Positions 47,403 to 61,912 are shown, numbered from the stretch's first letter. The stretch is DNA of 64,000 bases from Escherichia coli (GCF_003334405.1 NZ_QOWM01000007.1), one strand, 5' to 3'. Numbers and translations: made by a program. Notes: generated from the sequence alone by a model not told the origin.

Positions 47403-48794
47403 TTACTGTTTTTCTGGTGGGAAAATCAGATTCAGCACGATGGCAGTAATACCGCCCGCGGCGATCCCGGAGGAGAGCAGGTTTTTCAGCCATTCAGGGG
47501 CAAACTGCAAAATCAGCGGCTGCTGAGACACGCCCAGACCAACCGCCAGCGACAGCGCGATAATCAGAATCGCCCGACGGTTCAGCGGCTCACGAGAAAC
47601 GATACGCACACCGGAGGCGGCGATGGTGCCAAACATTACAAGCGTTGCGCCGCCCAGAACCGGTTCTGGAATGTGTTGTACAAAACCGCTCACTGCCGGG
47701 AACAGACCCAGCACGATCAACATCAGCGCGACGACAAAACCGACATAGCGGCTGGCAACACCAGTCAACTGGATCACTCCGTTGTTTTGCCCGAAGCAGG
47801 AGTTCGGGAAGGTGTTAAACACCGCCGAAACAAACGAGTTCAGGCCGTTTGCCAGCACGCCACCTTTCAGGCGTTTCATGTACAGCGGACCGGACACTGG
47901 CTGTTCGGAAACGTCAGAGGTCGCCGTGATATCGCCAATGGTTTCCAGCGAAGTGATCATAAAGACCAGCATCAGCGGCAGCAGCAGACTCCATTCAATG
48001 CCAAGACCGTAATAGAGCGGCGTTGGCACCATAATCAGTTCTTGCGTCATCGGTTCGTTGCTTTCTGGCAACATGCCCATAAACCACGCCAGCGCATATC
48101 CGGCCGCCATCGCAATCACCAGTGAGGCCACGCGTAAGTAAGGGTTACGTTGACGGTTAAGCAGGATAATTAAGGCTAAGACCACGCCTGCCAGCAGCAG
48201 ATTTTTCGGTGCGCCGAAGGTGTTATCGCTCATGGCTGCGTAACCGCCGCCAATGGACGTTAACCCAACCTGAATTAGCGACAGGCCGATAATCATCACC
48301 ACAACGCCAGAAACCAGCGGCGTAATAATGCGGCGCGCCAGATGCAGAACGCGGGAGATCACCATCTCGGTGCAACTTGCCAGCATCAACGTGCCGAACA
48401 AAGCCGCCATCATGGTAGGAACATCAGCACCACCGGTTTTCAGCGCGGTACCGCCCATAATCAGCGGGGCAACAAAGTTGAAGCTGGTGCCCTGAATAGA
48501 CAACAGCCCGGAGCCAACCGGACCCCAGGCCTTAATTTGAATAATCGATGCCACACCGGAGGCAAACAGCGACATACTAATAATGTGTTGCGTGTCTTGT
48601 GCCGGTAAACCCAGCGCCTGGCAGATTAATAGCGCTGGCGTGATCACCGCAACGAACATCGCCAGCAGATGCTGACAGGCGGCAAACAGGGTTTGAGGAA
48701 GCGGCGGACGATCTTCAAGACGGTAAATCAGTTCGCTGTTTTGAGTCTGCGCAACCGGTTGCGCATTTTCTGACTCGAGGGTGGAAACAGACAT
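47403..48794 (-). CDS. xanP: Xanthine permease (NCS2 family)
   Basis: ORF 47403..48803 trimmed to [16 protein letters not shown]... (463 aa). Confidence 0.9.
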
Positions 48795-49073
48795 CGAAAA
48801 CAATCCCGTGGTAGCAAAGCGGGCATTTTAGCTGACCGAAAGAGAAAAGCAAACGTTTGCCACATCCTCATCTAAATATTTAAATGAGATAAATGCACTT
48901 TTTTATATAACTTTTGGTATTTTTCTGCTTAAAATCCATGCCATTTGTTCATTAACAGCTGAGAATTTGACCCAGGAAAGCATAACTCGATACCCGTCAT
49001 AGTTCATGAAGTTGCCACTGCGCGATGAAGTATGACGAGTATGAAAGAGTGATGCGGATACAAAGGAGTAACT

Positions 49074-50279
49074 ATGTTTCATCTCGATACTTTAGCAACG
49101 CTTGTTGCCGCAACGCTGACGTTGCTGCTCGGGCGTAAGTTGGTCCATTCCGTCTCCTTTTTGAAGAAATACACCATACCGGAACCTGTTGCGGGTGGTT
49201 TGTTGGTGGCGCTGGCGCTACTAGTACTGAAAAAAAGCATGGGCTGGGAAGTCAACTTTGATATGTCCCTGCGCGATCCGTTAATGCTGGCTTTCTTCGC
49301 CACCATTGGCCTGAACGCCAACATTGCCAGTTTGCGTGCCGGTGGGCGTGTGGTTGGCATCTTCTTGATTGTGGTTGTTGGTCTGTTGGTGATGCAAAAT
49401 GCCATTGGCATTGGTATGGCTAGCCTGTTAGGGCTTGATCCGCTGATGGGGCTGTTGGCCGGTTCTATTACGCTTTCCGGCGGTCACGGTACGGGCGCTG
49501 CGTGGAGTAAATTGTTCATTGAACGTTATGGCTTCACCAATGCGACGGAAGTGGCGATGGCCTGTGCAACGTTCGGTCTGGTGCTGGGCGGCTTGATTGG
49601 CGGTCCGGTGGCGCGCTATCTGGTGAAACACTCCACCACGCCGAACGGTATTCCGGATGACCAGGAAGTCCCGACGGCGTTTGAAAAGCCGGATGTGGGC
49701 CGCATGATCACCTCGTTGGTGCTGATTGAAACTATCGCGCTGATTGCTATCTGCCTGACGGTGGGGAAAATTGTTGCGCAACTTTTGGCTGGCACTGCTT
49801 TTGAACTGCCGACCTTCGTCTGTGTACTGTTTGTTGGCGTGATTCTGAGCAACGGTCTGTCAATAATGGGCTTTTACCGCGTCTTTGAGCGTGCGGTATC
49901 CGTGCTGGGTAACGTAAGCTTGTCGTTGTTCCTGGCGATGGCGTTGATGGGGCTGAAACTGTGGGAGCTGGCTTCGCTGGCGCTGCCGATGCTGGCGATT
50001 CTGGTGGTACAGACCATCTTCATGGCGTTGTATGCCATCTTCGTTACCTGGCGCATGATGGGCAAAAACTACGATGCGGCAGTGCTGGCTGCGGGTCACT
50101 GTGGTTTTGGCCTCGGTGCAACGCCAACGGCAATCGCCAACATGCAGGCGATCACTGAACGCTTTGGCCCGTCGCACATGGCGTTTTTGGTGGTGCCGAT
50201 GGTCGGTGCGTTCTTTATCGATATCGTCAATGCGCTGGTAATTAAGTTGTATTTGATGTTGCCGATTTTTGCCGGTTAA
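49074..50279 (+). CDS. gltS: Sodium/glutamate symporter
   Basis: 401-aa ORF recognised as GltS. Confidence 0.95.
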   Translation: MFHLDTLATLVAATLTLLLGRKLVHSVSFLKKYTIPEPVAGGLLVALALLVLKKSMGWEVNFDMSLRDPLMLAFFATIGLNANIASLRAGGRVVGIFLIVVVGLLVMQNAIGIGMASLLGLDPLMGLLAGSITLSGGHGTGAAWSKLFIERYGFTNATEVAMACATFGLVLGGLIGGPVARYLVKHSTTPNGIPDDQEVPTAFEKPDVGRMITSLVLIETIALIAICLTVGKIVAQLLAGTAFELPTFVCVLFVGVILSNGLSIMGFYRVFERAVSVLGNVSLSLFLAMALMGLKLWELASLALPMLAILVVQTIFMALYAIFVTWRMMGKNYDAAVLAAGHCGFGLGATPTAIANMQAITERFGPSHMAFLVVPMVGAFFIDIVNALVIKLYLMLPIFAG

Positions 50280-50322
50280 CCGATGAAGCGGCGGTAGAAG
50301 TGCCGCCGCAACAAAGACAAAT

Positions 50323-50410
50323 GCCTGATACGCTTCGCTTATCAAGCCTGCGTATTGATTCATAATTTATTGAATTTGTAGGGTGAATCGCATCCGGCAG
50401 GAAGGTAGGG
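50323..50410. repeat. REP elements
   Basis: gcctgatacgcttcgcttatcaagcctgcg and gtagggtgaatcgcatccggcag are REP-like palindromic units. Confidence 0.45.
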
Positions 50411-50444
50411 TAACCTGAAATGGCGGTCTTCTCACTGCCGCCTT

Positions 50445-52526
50445 TTACGCATTCGAGTAACGTTCTGTCTCCGGCATCCAGCGTTCTATCAAGGCTTTTG
50501 CCTGTTGTGGGTAACGTTCGTGAATATGTCGCGCCAGGCGCTGAACTTCCGGGATCATCGCCTGATCGCGCAGTAAATCCGCCACTTTAAATTCAGCATT
50601 ACCCGTCTGACGCGTGCCTAACAATTCGCCAGGGCCGCGAATCTCCAGATCTTTTTGCGCAATCACAAAACCGTCGTTACTGTCGCGCAGCACTTGCAGG
50701 CGAATTTGCGCCGTTTTAGAAAGCGGCGTTTTGTAGAGCAGCACGCAGTGAGAAGCCACCGCGCCACGACCTACGCGCCCGCGCAGCTGGTGTAACTGCG
50801 CCAGACCCAGACGCTCAGGGTTTTCGATAATCATCAGGCTGGCGTTAGGCACATCAACACCGACTTCAATAACGGTAGTGGCAACCAGCAGATGTAGCTC
50901 ACCTTGTTTAAACGACGCCATCACCGCCTGTTTCTCGGCTGGTTTCATCCGCCCGTGTACCAGGCCAACATTCAATTCTGGTAGCGCCAGTTTCAACTCT
51001 TCCCAGGTAGCTTCCGCCGCCTGCGCTTCCAGTAACTCTGACTCTTCAATCAACGTACAAACCCAGTACGCCTGACGACCTTCAGTTATGCAGGCGTGGC
51101 GCACGCGGTCAATGATGTCGGTACGGCGGGTATCAGGAATAGCGACCGTAGTCACTGGCGTGCGGCCTGGCGGCAGCTCATCTATCACCGAGGTATCGAG
51201 ATCGGCATACGCCGTCATTGCCAGCGTGCGGGGGATCGGCGTGGCGGTCATGATCAACTGATGCGGATGGAAGCCCTGCTGCTGGCCTTTCTCCCACAAT
51301 GCCAGACGCTGATGCACGCCAAAACGATGCTGTTCGTCGATAATCACCAGCGCCAGGCCGTTAAACTGCACCTGTTCCTGGAAGATGGCGTGTGTACCGA
51401 CAATCATCTGCACCTGACCGCTGGCGATGGCTTCCTGCTGAGACAGTCGCGCTTTGCCTTTCTGCTTACCGGCGAGCCAGCCCACTTTGATACCGAGCGG
51501 TGCAAACCAGTTGCGGAAGTTATTGGCGTGCTGCTCGGCGAGTAATTCGGTTGGTGCCATCAGTGCCACCTGTTTGCCGTGGGCAATCGCACGCAGCGCG
51601 GCGAGGGCGGCGACCAGCGTTTTACCGGAACCTACATCGCCCTGTACCAGGCGCATCATCGGCACATCCAGCGCCATATCATGCTCGATCTCCGCCACTA
51701 CGCGTGCCTGTGCGCCCGTTGGCTTGAACGGTAAGGCGGCGAGGAGTTTATTTTTCAGCGTGTCATTGGCGCTCAGCGGCTGGGCATGAAAACGCTGTGC
51801 TCCGGCACGTAAGGCTAACATGCTGAGGTTGTGCGCCAGCAGTTCTTCCAGAATCAGACGACGTTGCGCCGGATGCTGCCCGGTTTCCAGATCGCTAAGC
51901 TGTAGCGTCGGTGGCGGGCGGTGCAAAGTGCGCAACGCTTCCGGTAGCGTCATCATTCCTTGTGACAGTTCCGGCGGCAGGAGTTCTTCAATGGCGCAGG
52001 TGTCGAGCAGATCCAGCGCCTGGTCGGTTAATTTACGCAGCGTGGCCTGCTTTACGCCTTCCGTTGTTGGATAAACCGGCGTGAGCGTTTCCTGTAATTC
52101 TGGCGTGCTGAGATCGCCCTGCACGCGGTATTCCGGGTGGATCATCTCCGCACCATATTTACCGCGCTTTGCTTCGCCATAAGCCAGTACACGGCGGCCC
52201 GTCGCCAGGCTATTTTTCATTGCCGCGCTGAAATTGAAAAAGCGCATGGTGAGGATGCCGGAACCGTCGCTGATCTGGCAGGTCATCATCCGCCGACCGC
52301 CGAAGGAGATATTGCAGTTCAGCACTTCGCCTTCCACCGTGGCATAAACGCCCGGCAGTAGTTCTCCGATGGGGTAGAGATGGGTGCGATCTTCGTAGCG
52401 CAGGGGAAGGTGTAAGAGTAAATCCTGCACGGTATGCAGGTTGATTTTCGCCAGTTTGTTACTAAGCGCTGCGCCAACGCCCGTTAGGGAACTGAGCGGG
52501 ACAGTATCTAACAGGCGGCCTTTCAT
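50445..52526 (-). CDS. recG: ATP-dependent DNA helicase RecG
   Basis: ORF 50445..52559 trimmed to MKGRLLDTVPLSSLTGVG... (693 aa); Walker A motif GDVGSGKT and DEQH box present. Confidence 0.95.
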   Translation of the reverse strand: MKGRLLDTVPLSSLTGVGAALSNKLAKINLHTVQDLLLHLPLRYEDRTHLYPIGELLPGVYATVEGEVLNCNISFGGRRMMTCQISDGSGILTMRFFNFSAAMKNSLATGRRVLAYGEAKRGKYGAEMIHPEYRVQGDLSTPELQETLTPVYPTTEGVKQATLRKLTDQALDLLDTCAIEELLPPELSQGMMTLPEALRTLHRPPPTLQLSDLETGQHPAQRRLILEELLAHNLSMLALRAGAQRFHAQPLSANDTLKNKLLAALPFKPTGAQARVVAEIEHDMALDVPMMRLVQGDVGSGKTLVAALAALRAIAHGKQVALMAPTELLAEQHANNFRNWFAPLGIKVGWLAGKQKGKARLSQQEAIASGQVQMIVGTHAIFQEQVQFNGLALVIIDEQHRFGVHQRLALWEKGQQQGFHPHQLIMTATPIPRTLAMTAYADLDTSVIDELPPGRTPVTTVAIPDTRRTDIIDRVRHACITEGRQAYWVCTLIEESELLEAQAAEATWEELKLALPELNVGLVHGRMKPAEKQAVMASFKQGELHLLVATTVIEVGVDVPNASLMIIENPERLGLAQLHQLRGRVGRGAVASHCVLLYKTPLSKTAQIRLQVLRDSNDGFVIAQKDLEIRGPGELLGTRQTGNAEFKVADLLRDQAMIPEVQRLARHIHERYPQQAKALIERWMPETERYSNA

Positions 52527-52531
52527 GGCGC

Positions 52532-53221
52532 TTACCCTGCGGCCTGCATGGTGGACCACCAGTCAGCATCAGCTTCGATCTCGCCTTGCTGATTGACGTG
52601 GGGGTAAGGCAGGCCTTTGCGTTTTGCGACTTTCGCCAGCACCGGATAGCCGCCTTCAAACAACAGGCGTTGTTGCTCTGCTTCCGGCAACATGCTGTTT
52701 TCACGCAGGTACATGCCTGCATTTTGCCGCTGACGCTGGGCTTCGTAAAGAATGAGGGCTGAGGCAACGGAAACATTCAGCGACTGCACCATGCCGATCA
52801 TCGGAATGATGATGTCCTGATCCGCCAGGGCCAATGCTTCCTGCGTGATGCCCGTTTTCTCCTGTCCCATCAAAATGCAGGTCGGGCGAGTGTAATCAAT
52901 TTCGCGGAAATCGACAGCATTATCAGAAAGATGGGTTGCCAGAATCTGCATGCCCTGGCCTTTCAGATGAGCGACGGCATCGCCAATGGTGCGGTGTGTT
53001 TTCACCTGTACCCAGCTGTTACTACCCGCCGCTGCCGAAGCCATGGTGCGCATCCGGCTACCAGGCCAGACGGCGTGAACTTCATGTACGCCAACGGCAT
53101 CTGCGGTACGAATAATCGCAGAAACGTTATGAGGTTTGTGGACCTGCTCCATGCAGACGGTCAGGTCAGGCTGCCGCCTGGCGAGCATTTCGCAGATGCG
53201 TGCATAACGTGTTGGGTTCAT
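52532..53221 (-). CDS. trmH: tRNA (Gm18) 2'-O-methyltransferase
   Basis: 229-aa SPOUT-family ORF immediately downstream of spoT. Confidence 0.95.
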   Translation of the reverse strand: MNPTRYARICEMLARRQPDLTVCMEQVHKPHNVSAIIRTADAVGVHEVHAVWPGSRMRTMASAAAGSNSWVQVKTHRTIGDAVAHLKGQGMQILATHLSDNAVDFREIDYTRPTCILMGQEKTGITQEALALADQDIIIPMIGMVQSLNVSVASALILYEAQRQRQNAGMYLRENSMLPEAEQQRLLFEGGYPVLAKVAKRKGLPYPHVNQQGEIEADADWWSTMQAAG

Positions 53222-53227
53222 AAAACA

Positions 53228-55336
53228 TTAATTTCGGTTTCGGGTGACTTTAATCACGTCTGGCATCACGCGGATTTTGCGCATGATATTCGCCAGATGC
53301 ACACGGTCACGAGCGGTCAGACGAATAAAGGCGCTGTAGACGCGACCATCTTTCTCTTCCGTATTCAAACTTTGAATATTCGAGGTCGTGGTGTTAATTG
53401 CCGCCGTCAGGTTTGCCAGCGCACCCTGATGATTGAACATCTCCACCTTGATTTCGGTGATGAATTCCTGCGCCGTCTCTTTATCCCATTCCACAGCCAT
53501 AAACTTCTCTGGCTCTTTCTGGTAGCCACGGATGTTACGGCAGGATTCATGGTGGATCACCAGACCTTTACCGGGGCTGACGTGGGCGATAATCGGGTCG
53601 CCAGGAATAGGGCGGCAGCATTTCGCAAAGGTGATCAGCACGCCATCGGCACCTTTAATTGGCAGATGTCCGTGACTTTGGGTTGCCGGTGGAATGGAGG
53701 CGTCCCCATGTTGTAGATTTTTCGCGACCACCACGCTCATTGCGTTACCAAGGCCGATTTCAGCCAGCAGATCGTCAAGCGTTGCCAGCTTCATGCGATC
53801 CAGCTCGCGCTGAATATTTTCCTGCGGGATTTCATTCAGCTTACGGCTACCACCCAAAGCATGGTTGAGCAGACGACGGCCCAGGCTTACAGAATCATCA
53901 CGCTTGAGGTTTTTCAGCAACTGACGAATTTTGGCGCGCGCTTTTGAGCTAACGACAAAGTTCAGCCACGCGGCATTCGGGCGAGCGCCCGGTGCGGTAA
54001 TGATTTCAACGGTTTGACCGCTGGTAAGCGGCTGCGACAGCGGGTAAGGCTGGCGGTCAACGCGTGCGCCCACGCAGGCATGACCGATATCGGTATGCAC
54101 TGCATAAGCGAAGTCGACGGGCGTTGCACCGGCAGGCAGCTCGACAATGCGCCCTTCCGGTGTGAAAACGTAAATCTCATCCGGGAAGAGATCGGATTTA
54201 ACGCTCTCGATAAATTCAAACGAACTACCGGCGCTCTGTTGCAGCTCCAGCAGGCTTTGCATCCAGCGCTGGGCGCGGATTTGTGCGGTAGTACTGGTTT
54301 CGCCGTGCTCTTTATAAGCCCAGTGCGCGGCAACACCCATCTCCGCCATCTGATCCATATCTTCGGTACGGATCTGGACCTCAACCGGCACGCCGTGCGG
54401 GCCAATCATCGAGGTGTGCAAAGACTGATAGCCGTTCGCTTTTGGAATGGCGATATAGTCTTTCACGCGGCCCGGACGCGGCTTGTACAGGCTGTGCATC
54501 TGGCCCAGCACGCGATAACAGGTGTCAGAATCATTGACGATCACGCGGAAAGCGTAGATGTCCATGATTGAGTGAAAACGCTGCTCTTTGAGCACCATTT
54601 TGCAGTAAATCGAATAAAGATGCTTTTCGCGACCACTGACGCGGCACGGTATTCCCGCTTCCTGCAAACGCCCTTCGATTTCAGAAAGAATCTTCTGGAT
54701 CATCTCTTTACGGTTGCCGCGCGCGGCTTTCACCACTTCTTTGATTACGCGATAACGGTTGGGATACAGCGCCTCAAAACCCAGCTCTTCGAGTTCGGTT
54801 TTAATGTGGTGGATACCTAAACGGTGCGCCAGCGGGCTGTAAATTTCGAGAGTTTCACGGGCGATGCGGCGACGTTTGTCCGGGCGAAGTGAGCCCAGCG
54901 TGCGCATGTTGTGGGTACGGTCGGCAAGTTTGATGAGGATGACGCGGATATCCTGCACCATCGCCATAATCATCTTGCGAAAGTTTTCGGCCTGCGCCTC
55001 TTTCTTATCGCGGAACTTGAGTTTATCAAGTTTCGACACCCCCTCTACCAGCTCGGCGACGCTTTTACCAAAAAGCTGTTCCATATCCTGGTAGGTGGCG
55101 GGAGTATCTTCAATCACGTCATGCAGCAGCGCCGCCATCAGCGTTTCATAGTCGAGTTTCATCTCGGCCAGAATGCAGGCAACCGCTACCGGGTGCGTGA
55201 TATAGGGTTCACCGCTTGAACGTGTTTGCCCCTCGTGAGCATCACGTGCAACGAGATACGCCTGCCGCAGACGCTTGATTTGGTCTTCCGGCAGGTAGGT
55301 TTGAATCAGTTGATTCAGGCTTTCAAACAGATACAA
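53228..55336 (-). CDS. spoT: Bifunctional (p)ppGpp synthetase / hydrolase SpoT
   Basis: 702-aa ORF; HD-domain motif LLHDVIEDT in the N-terminal hydrolase region. Confidence 0.95.
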   Translation of the reverse strand: MYLFESLNQLIQTYLPEDQIKRLRQAYLVARDAHEGQTRSSGEPYITHPVAVACILAEMKLDYETLMAALLHDVIEDTPATYQDMEQLFGKSVAELVEGVSKLDKLKFRDKKEAQAENFRKMIMAMVQDIRVILIKLADRTHNMRTLGSLRPDKRRRIARETLEIYSPLAHRLGIHHIKTELEELGFEALYPNRYRVIKEVVKAARGNRKEMIQKILSEIEGRLQEAGIPCRVSGREKHLYSIYCKMVLKEQRFHSIMDIYAFRVIVNDSDTCYRVLGQMHSLYKPRPGRVKDYIAIPKANGYQSLHTSMIGPHGVPVEVQIRTEDMDQMAEMGVAAHWAYKEHGETSTTAQIRAQRWMQSLLELQQSAGSSFEFIESVKSDLFPDEIYVFTPEGRIVELPAGATPVDFAYAVHTDIGHACVGARVDRQPYPLSQPLTSGQTVEIITAPGARPNAAWLNFVVSSKARAKIRQLLKNLKRDDSVSLGRRLLNHALGGSRKLNEIPQENIQRELDRMKLATLDDLLAEIGLGNAMSVVVAKNLQHGDASIPPATQSHGHLPIKGADGVLITFAKCCRPIPGDPIIAHVSPGKGLVIHHESCRNIRGYQKEPEKFMAVEWDKETAQEFITEIKVEMFNHQGALANLTAAINTTTSNIQSLNTEEKDGRVYSAFIRLTARDRVHLANIMRKIRVMPDVIKVTRNRN

Positions 55337-55354
55337 GGGCGACCCGCTTTGTGA

Positions 55355-55630
55355 TTAACGACGACCTTCAGCAATAGCGGTAACGGCTTGTAATTCAGCG
55401 GCTTCCTGCTCTTGCTGTTCCTGGCGTTCGCGAACGTCGAGGATCTGGTTGTTGATCAGACCTTCTTCGATTTCGCGCAGCGCGATTACAGTGGTTTTAT
55501 CGTTTTCTTCCGGTACCAGCGGATCCTTTCCGCCTACCTGCATCTGACGAGCGCGACGCGCGGCGACCAGTACCAGGTCAAAACGGTTACCAATTTTCTC
55601 TACAGCGTCCTGAACAGTTACGCGTGCCAT
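55355..55630 (-). CDS. rpoZ: RNA polymerase omega subunit
   Basis: 91-aa [21 protein letters not shown]... recognised as RpoZ. Confidence 0.95.
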
Positions 55631-55684
55631 ACTTAAAAAGCTCCACAGGTGAAGAAATGACTGGGCATGATACTGAAATCAGGT

Positions 55685-58862
<3,178 letters not shown>

Positions 58863-59153
58863 GGTTCTCTCCCTAAAAATCTGTCTGGCAGGGTAGCGAT
58901 TTGTGCGTATTGTCACGATTGAGATTTTTTAAGGTGAGAGGAAATTGATAACTTGTAGTTATGTGAAATCGCTATTTTCTGTAGCGTAGATGCATTCTTC
59001 TGACTTCTTGTCTGAGAAAATGCATAAGAAAAAATAGGTTAAAATTGAGGGGTGGAAAAGAAAGGTGCAATGTTTAGCCATTGTGTTCACCGCACCTGGA
59101 CTTTGGCTTACGCATCGGGTATCTCAATCAACAAAAAGAGTTTTTAGTTTCTG

Positions 59154-59978
59154 CTATTTCTTCTCTGTAATTTTTACACTGTTTTCCAACTGCTTGATGC
59201 TGACCTGCGGGGTCGGCAACTCCTCAGGCATGGTTCCGCCAAGTTCCTGAATGGTTTGCATCACCTTGCTACCCACGTCAAAGTGTGTGGTATTAGCTTG
59301 CTGTTTTGAATTCACGCCATCCCGCTTGAGTTTTTCTTCTGTTTGGGTAGCTCGAAAGAGATTAGCCGCCAGTTCTGTTGAACCCATATGATCCAGGATC
59401 TTCTGATTCTTTTTCAGCCCCTTCCGCTGATGAATAGCTTTCTGATCTAATCCACCATACAGCCCCTGGTAACCATGATTCTGAAATATGGCGAAATCAG
59501 TAGCTGTCGCTACCCCAGCTTGCTGTGCTGCCTCAACCAATTGTTTGTTATGTTCTTTCAACTCATTTCTCAGAAACAGACGCTTTTCGTCTTCACGAAG
59601 TTGCTTAAATGCTTCATCGTCAGCAAGCTCCTGCCGTCGGGTCTGGATAGCAAAATAAGTCTGCCCTGCCGCAATGACCGGTTTCGCAGGGTCGCCGTTT
59701 TGTACTACCAGGTAACAGGCATAGCGGGAGAGTACGATGTCTTTTAATGCTCTTTTGGCATTTGAGCCAATTTTGACCATATCGAGGATCTCCTCGAAAT
59801 GGTCATCAATTGTGTGACCACTGTTCTCACAGGCTTCTTTGGCGCGCGTTAATACAGGTATAAAGTGACGATACTCTGAATAACCCAGTAGTTTCCCAAG
59901 TTGTCTTGCTGACCATTGTTCTGCTCCGTTTGCATTAATCAGTTTTATCTCTTCAAAAGGTTGATGATGTTCGTTCAT
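59154..59978 (-). CDS. dinD: DNA-damage-inducible protein D
   Basis: ORF 59154..59990 trimmed to MNEHHQPFEEIKLINANGAEQ... (274 aa). Confidence 0.9.
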   Translation of the reverse strand: MNEHHQPFEEIKLINANGAEQWSARQLGKLLGYSEYRHFIPVLTRAKEACENSGHTIDDHFEEILDMVKIGSNAKRALKDIVLSRYACYLVVQNGDPAKPVIAAGQTYFAIQTRRQELADDEAFKQLREDEKRLFLRNELKEHNKQLVEAAQQAGVATATDFAIFQNHGYQGLYGGLDQKAIHQRKGLKKNQKILDHMGSTELAANLFRATQTEEKLKRDGVNSKQQANTTHFDVGSKVMQTIQELGGTMPEELPTPQVSIKQLENSVKITEKK

Positions 59979-60021
59979 TGCCCACTCCATGTGATATCAA
60001 TTGCAAAGAAAGTAAATCTGT

Positions 60022-60041
60022 AACTGTATTTATATACAGTT
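60022..60041. promoter_or_regulatory. LexA operator upstream of dinD
   Basis: aactgtatttatatacagtt, a CTGT-N8-ACAG palindrome, 44 bp upstream of the dinD start. Confidence 0.7.
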
Positions 60042-60133
60042 GTGAGTATCTCACGTTCTCAGTGTGCTGGGCAAAAAAACATCGCAAAATCTGGAGCAGG
60101 CACGAAAAACAGAATTGAAAGTTGCGGGGAAGA

Positions 60134-60166
60134 AAAATGCCGCTCTGTTTGAGTGGGCGGCATTTG
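60134..60166 (-). terminator. Terminator-like hairpin after yicC
   Basis: aatgccgc...gcggcatt hairpin 35 bp past the yicC stop, followed on the minus strand by a T-run. Confidence 0.5.
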
Positions 60167-60199
60167 TGAAGGCTGAAAAGTAAGAATTGGCGTTACGAG

Positions 60200-61063
60200 T
60201 TATTCAATATTCTGAATCTGCTCGCGCATCTGCTCAATCAACACTTTCAGCTCAATCGCGGAGTTTGTCACTTCGGCATTGATAGACTTCGACGCAAGAG
60301 TGTTCGACTCGCGGTTGAACTCCTGCATCATAAAGTCCAGACGACGACCAACGGCTTCTTTTTTCTTCAGAATGTTGTAGGTCTCTTTGACATGCGCTTC
60401 GAGGCGGTCCAGTTCTTCGGCAACGTCAATTCGTTGTGCCAGCAGAACCAACTCCTGCTCCAGACGGTTGTTTTCCAACTGAACCTGAGCATCTTCCAGC
60501 TTCGCGACCAAGCGTTCACGCTGCCATTGCAGGATTTCCGGCATATGGGAGCGGACTTTGACCACTTCGGCGGTGACGCCTTCCAGACGCTGCTCGATCA
60601 ATGCTTTCAGTGCCTGACCTTCGGTTTCGCGCGCGACAATAAAGTCGTCCAGCGTACCATCCAGCGCCGCGAGAATTTCAGCGGCAATGGCGTCAAGATC
60701 CTGCTCCTGGGCTGCCATCACGCCCGGCCAGCGTAGAATATCAACCGGGTTGATTTCCCCTTCGTCACTCTGCATTTTTACCCAGTTCGCGGCAGTTACC
60801 AGCTGTTTAGCCAGTTTTTCGTTGAGGATCAGCTCACCTTGCGCGCTAACATCTGGCTCATAGCGCAGGGTACATTCCACTTTACCGCGCGTCAGGCGAG
60901 AACGAATACGCTCGCGAACGACAGGTTCAAGGCTACGGAACTGCTCCGGCAGACGAAAGTAAGTTTCCAGATAACGCTGGTTTACCGAGCGCATTTCCCA
61001 GGTTGCGCTCCCCCATTCACCCTTGATTTCACGCCGGGCGTAGGCGGTCATACTGCGGATCAT
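60200..61063 (-). CDS. yicC: YicC-family protein (UPF0701)
   Basis: 287-aa ORF recognised as YicC. Confidence 0.9.
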   Translation of the reverse strand: MIRSMTAYARREIKGEWGSATWEMRSVNQRYLETYFRLPEQFRSLEPVVRERIRSRLTRGKVECTLRYEPDVSAQGELILNEKLAKQLVTAANWVKMQSDEGEINPVDILRWPGVMAAQEQDLDAIAAEILAALDGTLDDFIVARETEGQALKALIEQRLEGVTAEVVKVRSHMPEILQWQRERLVAKLEDAQVQLENNRLEQELVLLAQRIDVAEELDRLEAHVKETYNILKKKEAVGRRLDFMMQEFNRESNTLASKSINAEVTNSAIELKVLIEQMREQIQNIE

Positions 61064-61189
61064 AGACGTTCCTGTTTATAAAAGGAGAGGTGGAAGGATT
61101 ATAGCCATCGATGCCTTGTCAGGATAGGAATAACCGCCGGAAGTCCGTATAATGCGCAGCCACATTTGTTTCAAGCCGGAGATTTCAAT

Positions 61190-61906
61190 ATGCGTCCAGC
61201 AGGCCGTAGCAATAATCAGGTGCGTCCCGTTACCCTGACTCGTAACTATACAAAACATGCAGAAGGCTCGGTGCTGGTCGAATTTGGCGATACCAAAGTG
61301 TTGTGTACCGCCTCTATTGAAGAAGGCGTGCCGCGCTTCCTGAAAGGTCAGGGCCAGGGCTGGATCACCGCAGAGTACGGCATGCTGCCACGTTCTACCC
61401 ACACCCGTAACGCTCGTGAAGCGGCGAAAGGTAAGCAGGGTGGACGCACAATGGAAATCCAGCGTCTGATCGCCCGTGCGCTTCGCGCGGCAGTAGATTT
61501 GAAAGCGCTGGGTGAGTTCACCATTACGCTGGACTGCGACGTGCTTCAGGCTGATGGTGGCACGCGTACCGCTTCGATTACGGGTGCCTGTGTGGCGCTG
61601 GCAGATGCGCTACAGAAGCTGGTGGAAAACGGCAAGCTGAAAACCAACCCGATGAAAGGGATGGTAGCCGCGGTTTCTGTCGGGATTGTGAACGGCGAAG
61701 CGGTTTGCGATCTGGAATACGTTGAAGACTCTGCCGCAGAGACCGACATGAACGTAGTGATGACCGAAGACGGGCGCATCATTGAAGTGCAGGGGACGGC
61801 AGAAGGCGAGCCGTTCACCCATGAAGAGCTACTCACCTTGTTGGCGCTGGCCCGAGGGGGAATCGAATCCATTGTAGCGACGCAGAAGGCGGCGCTGGCA
61901 AACTGA
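61190..61906 (+). CDS. rph: Ribonuclease PH, full-length wild-type form
   Basis: ORF 61166..61906 (TTG) trimmed to the [17 protein letters not shown]... (238 aa), ending ...[16 protein letters not shown]; not the 228-aa truncated rph-1 form. Confidence 0.95.
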   Translation: MRPAGRSNNQVRPVTLTRNYTKHAEGSVLVEFGDTKVLCTASIEEGVPRFLKGQGQGWITAEYGMLPRSTHTRNAREAAKGKQGGRTMEIQRLIARALRAAVDLKALGEFTITLDCDVLQADGGTRTASITGACVALADALQKLVENGKLKTNPMKGMVAAVSVGIVNGEAVCDLEYVEDSAAETDMNVVMTEDGRIIEVQGTAEGEPFTHEELLTLLALARGGIESIVATQKAALAN

Positions 61907-61912
61907 TTTTTA

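Noticed and set aside
49860-50363. 167-aa minus-strand ORF rich in His/Arg/Gln
   Set aside because: Antisense to gltS; the low-complexity basic composition is typical of a reverse-frame artefact.
52931-53716. 261-aa plus-strand ORF
   Set aside because: Fully antisense to trmH and the spoT 3' end, both confidently identified; typical shadow ORF.
54014-54571. 185-aa plus-strand ORF
   Set aside because: Antisense to spoT.
58863-59153. 290-bp yicG-dinD intergenic region as a possible sRNA or small-protein locus
   Set aside because: The only ORF (61 aa, 59065..59250) overlaps the dinD 3' end; I saw no convincing promoter-terminator pair, so there is not enough evidence to call a feature.
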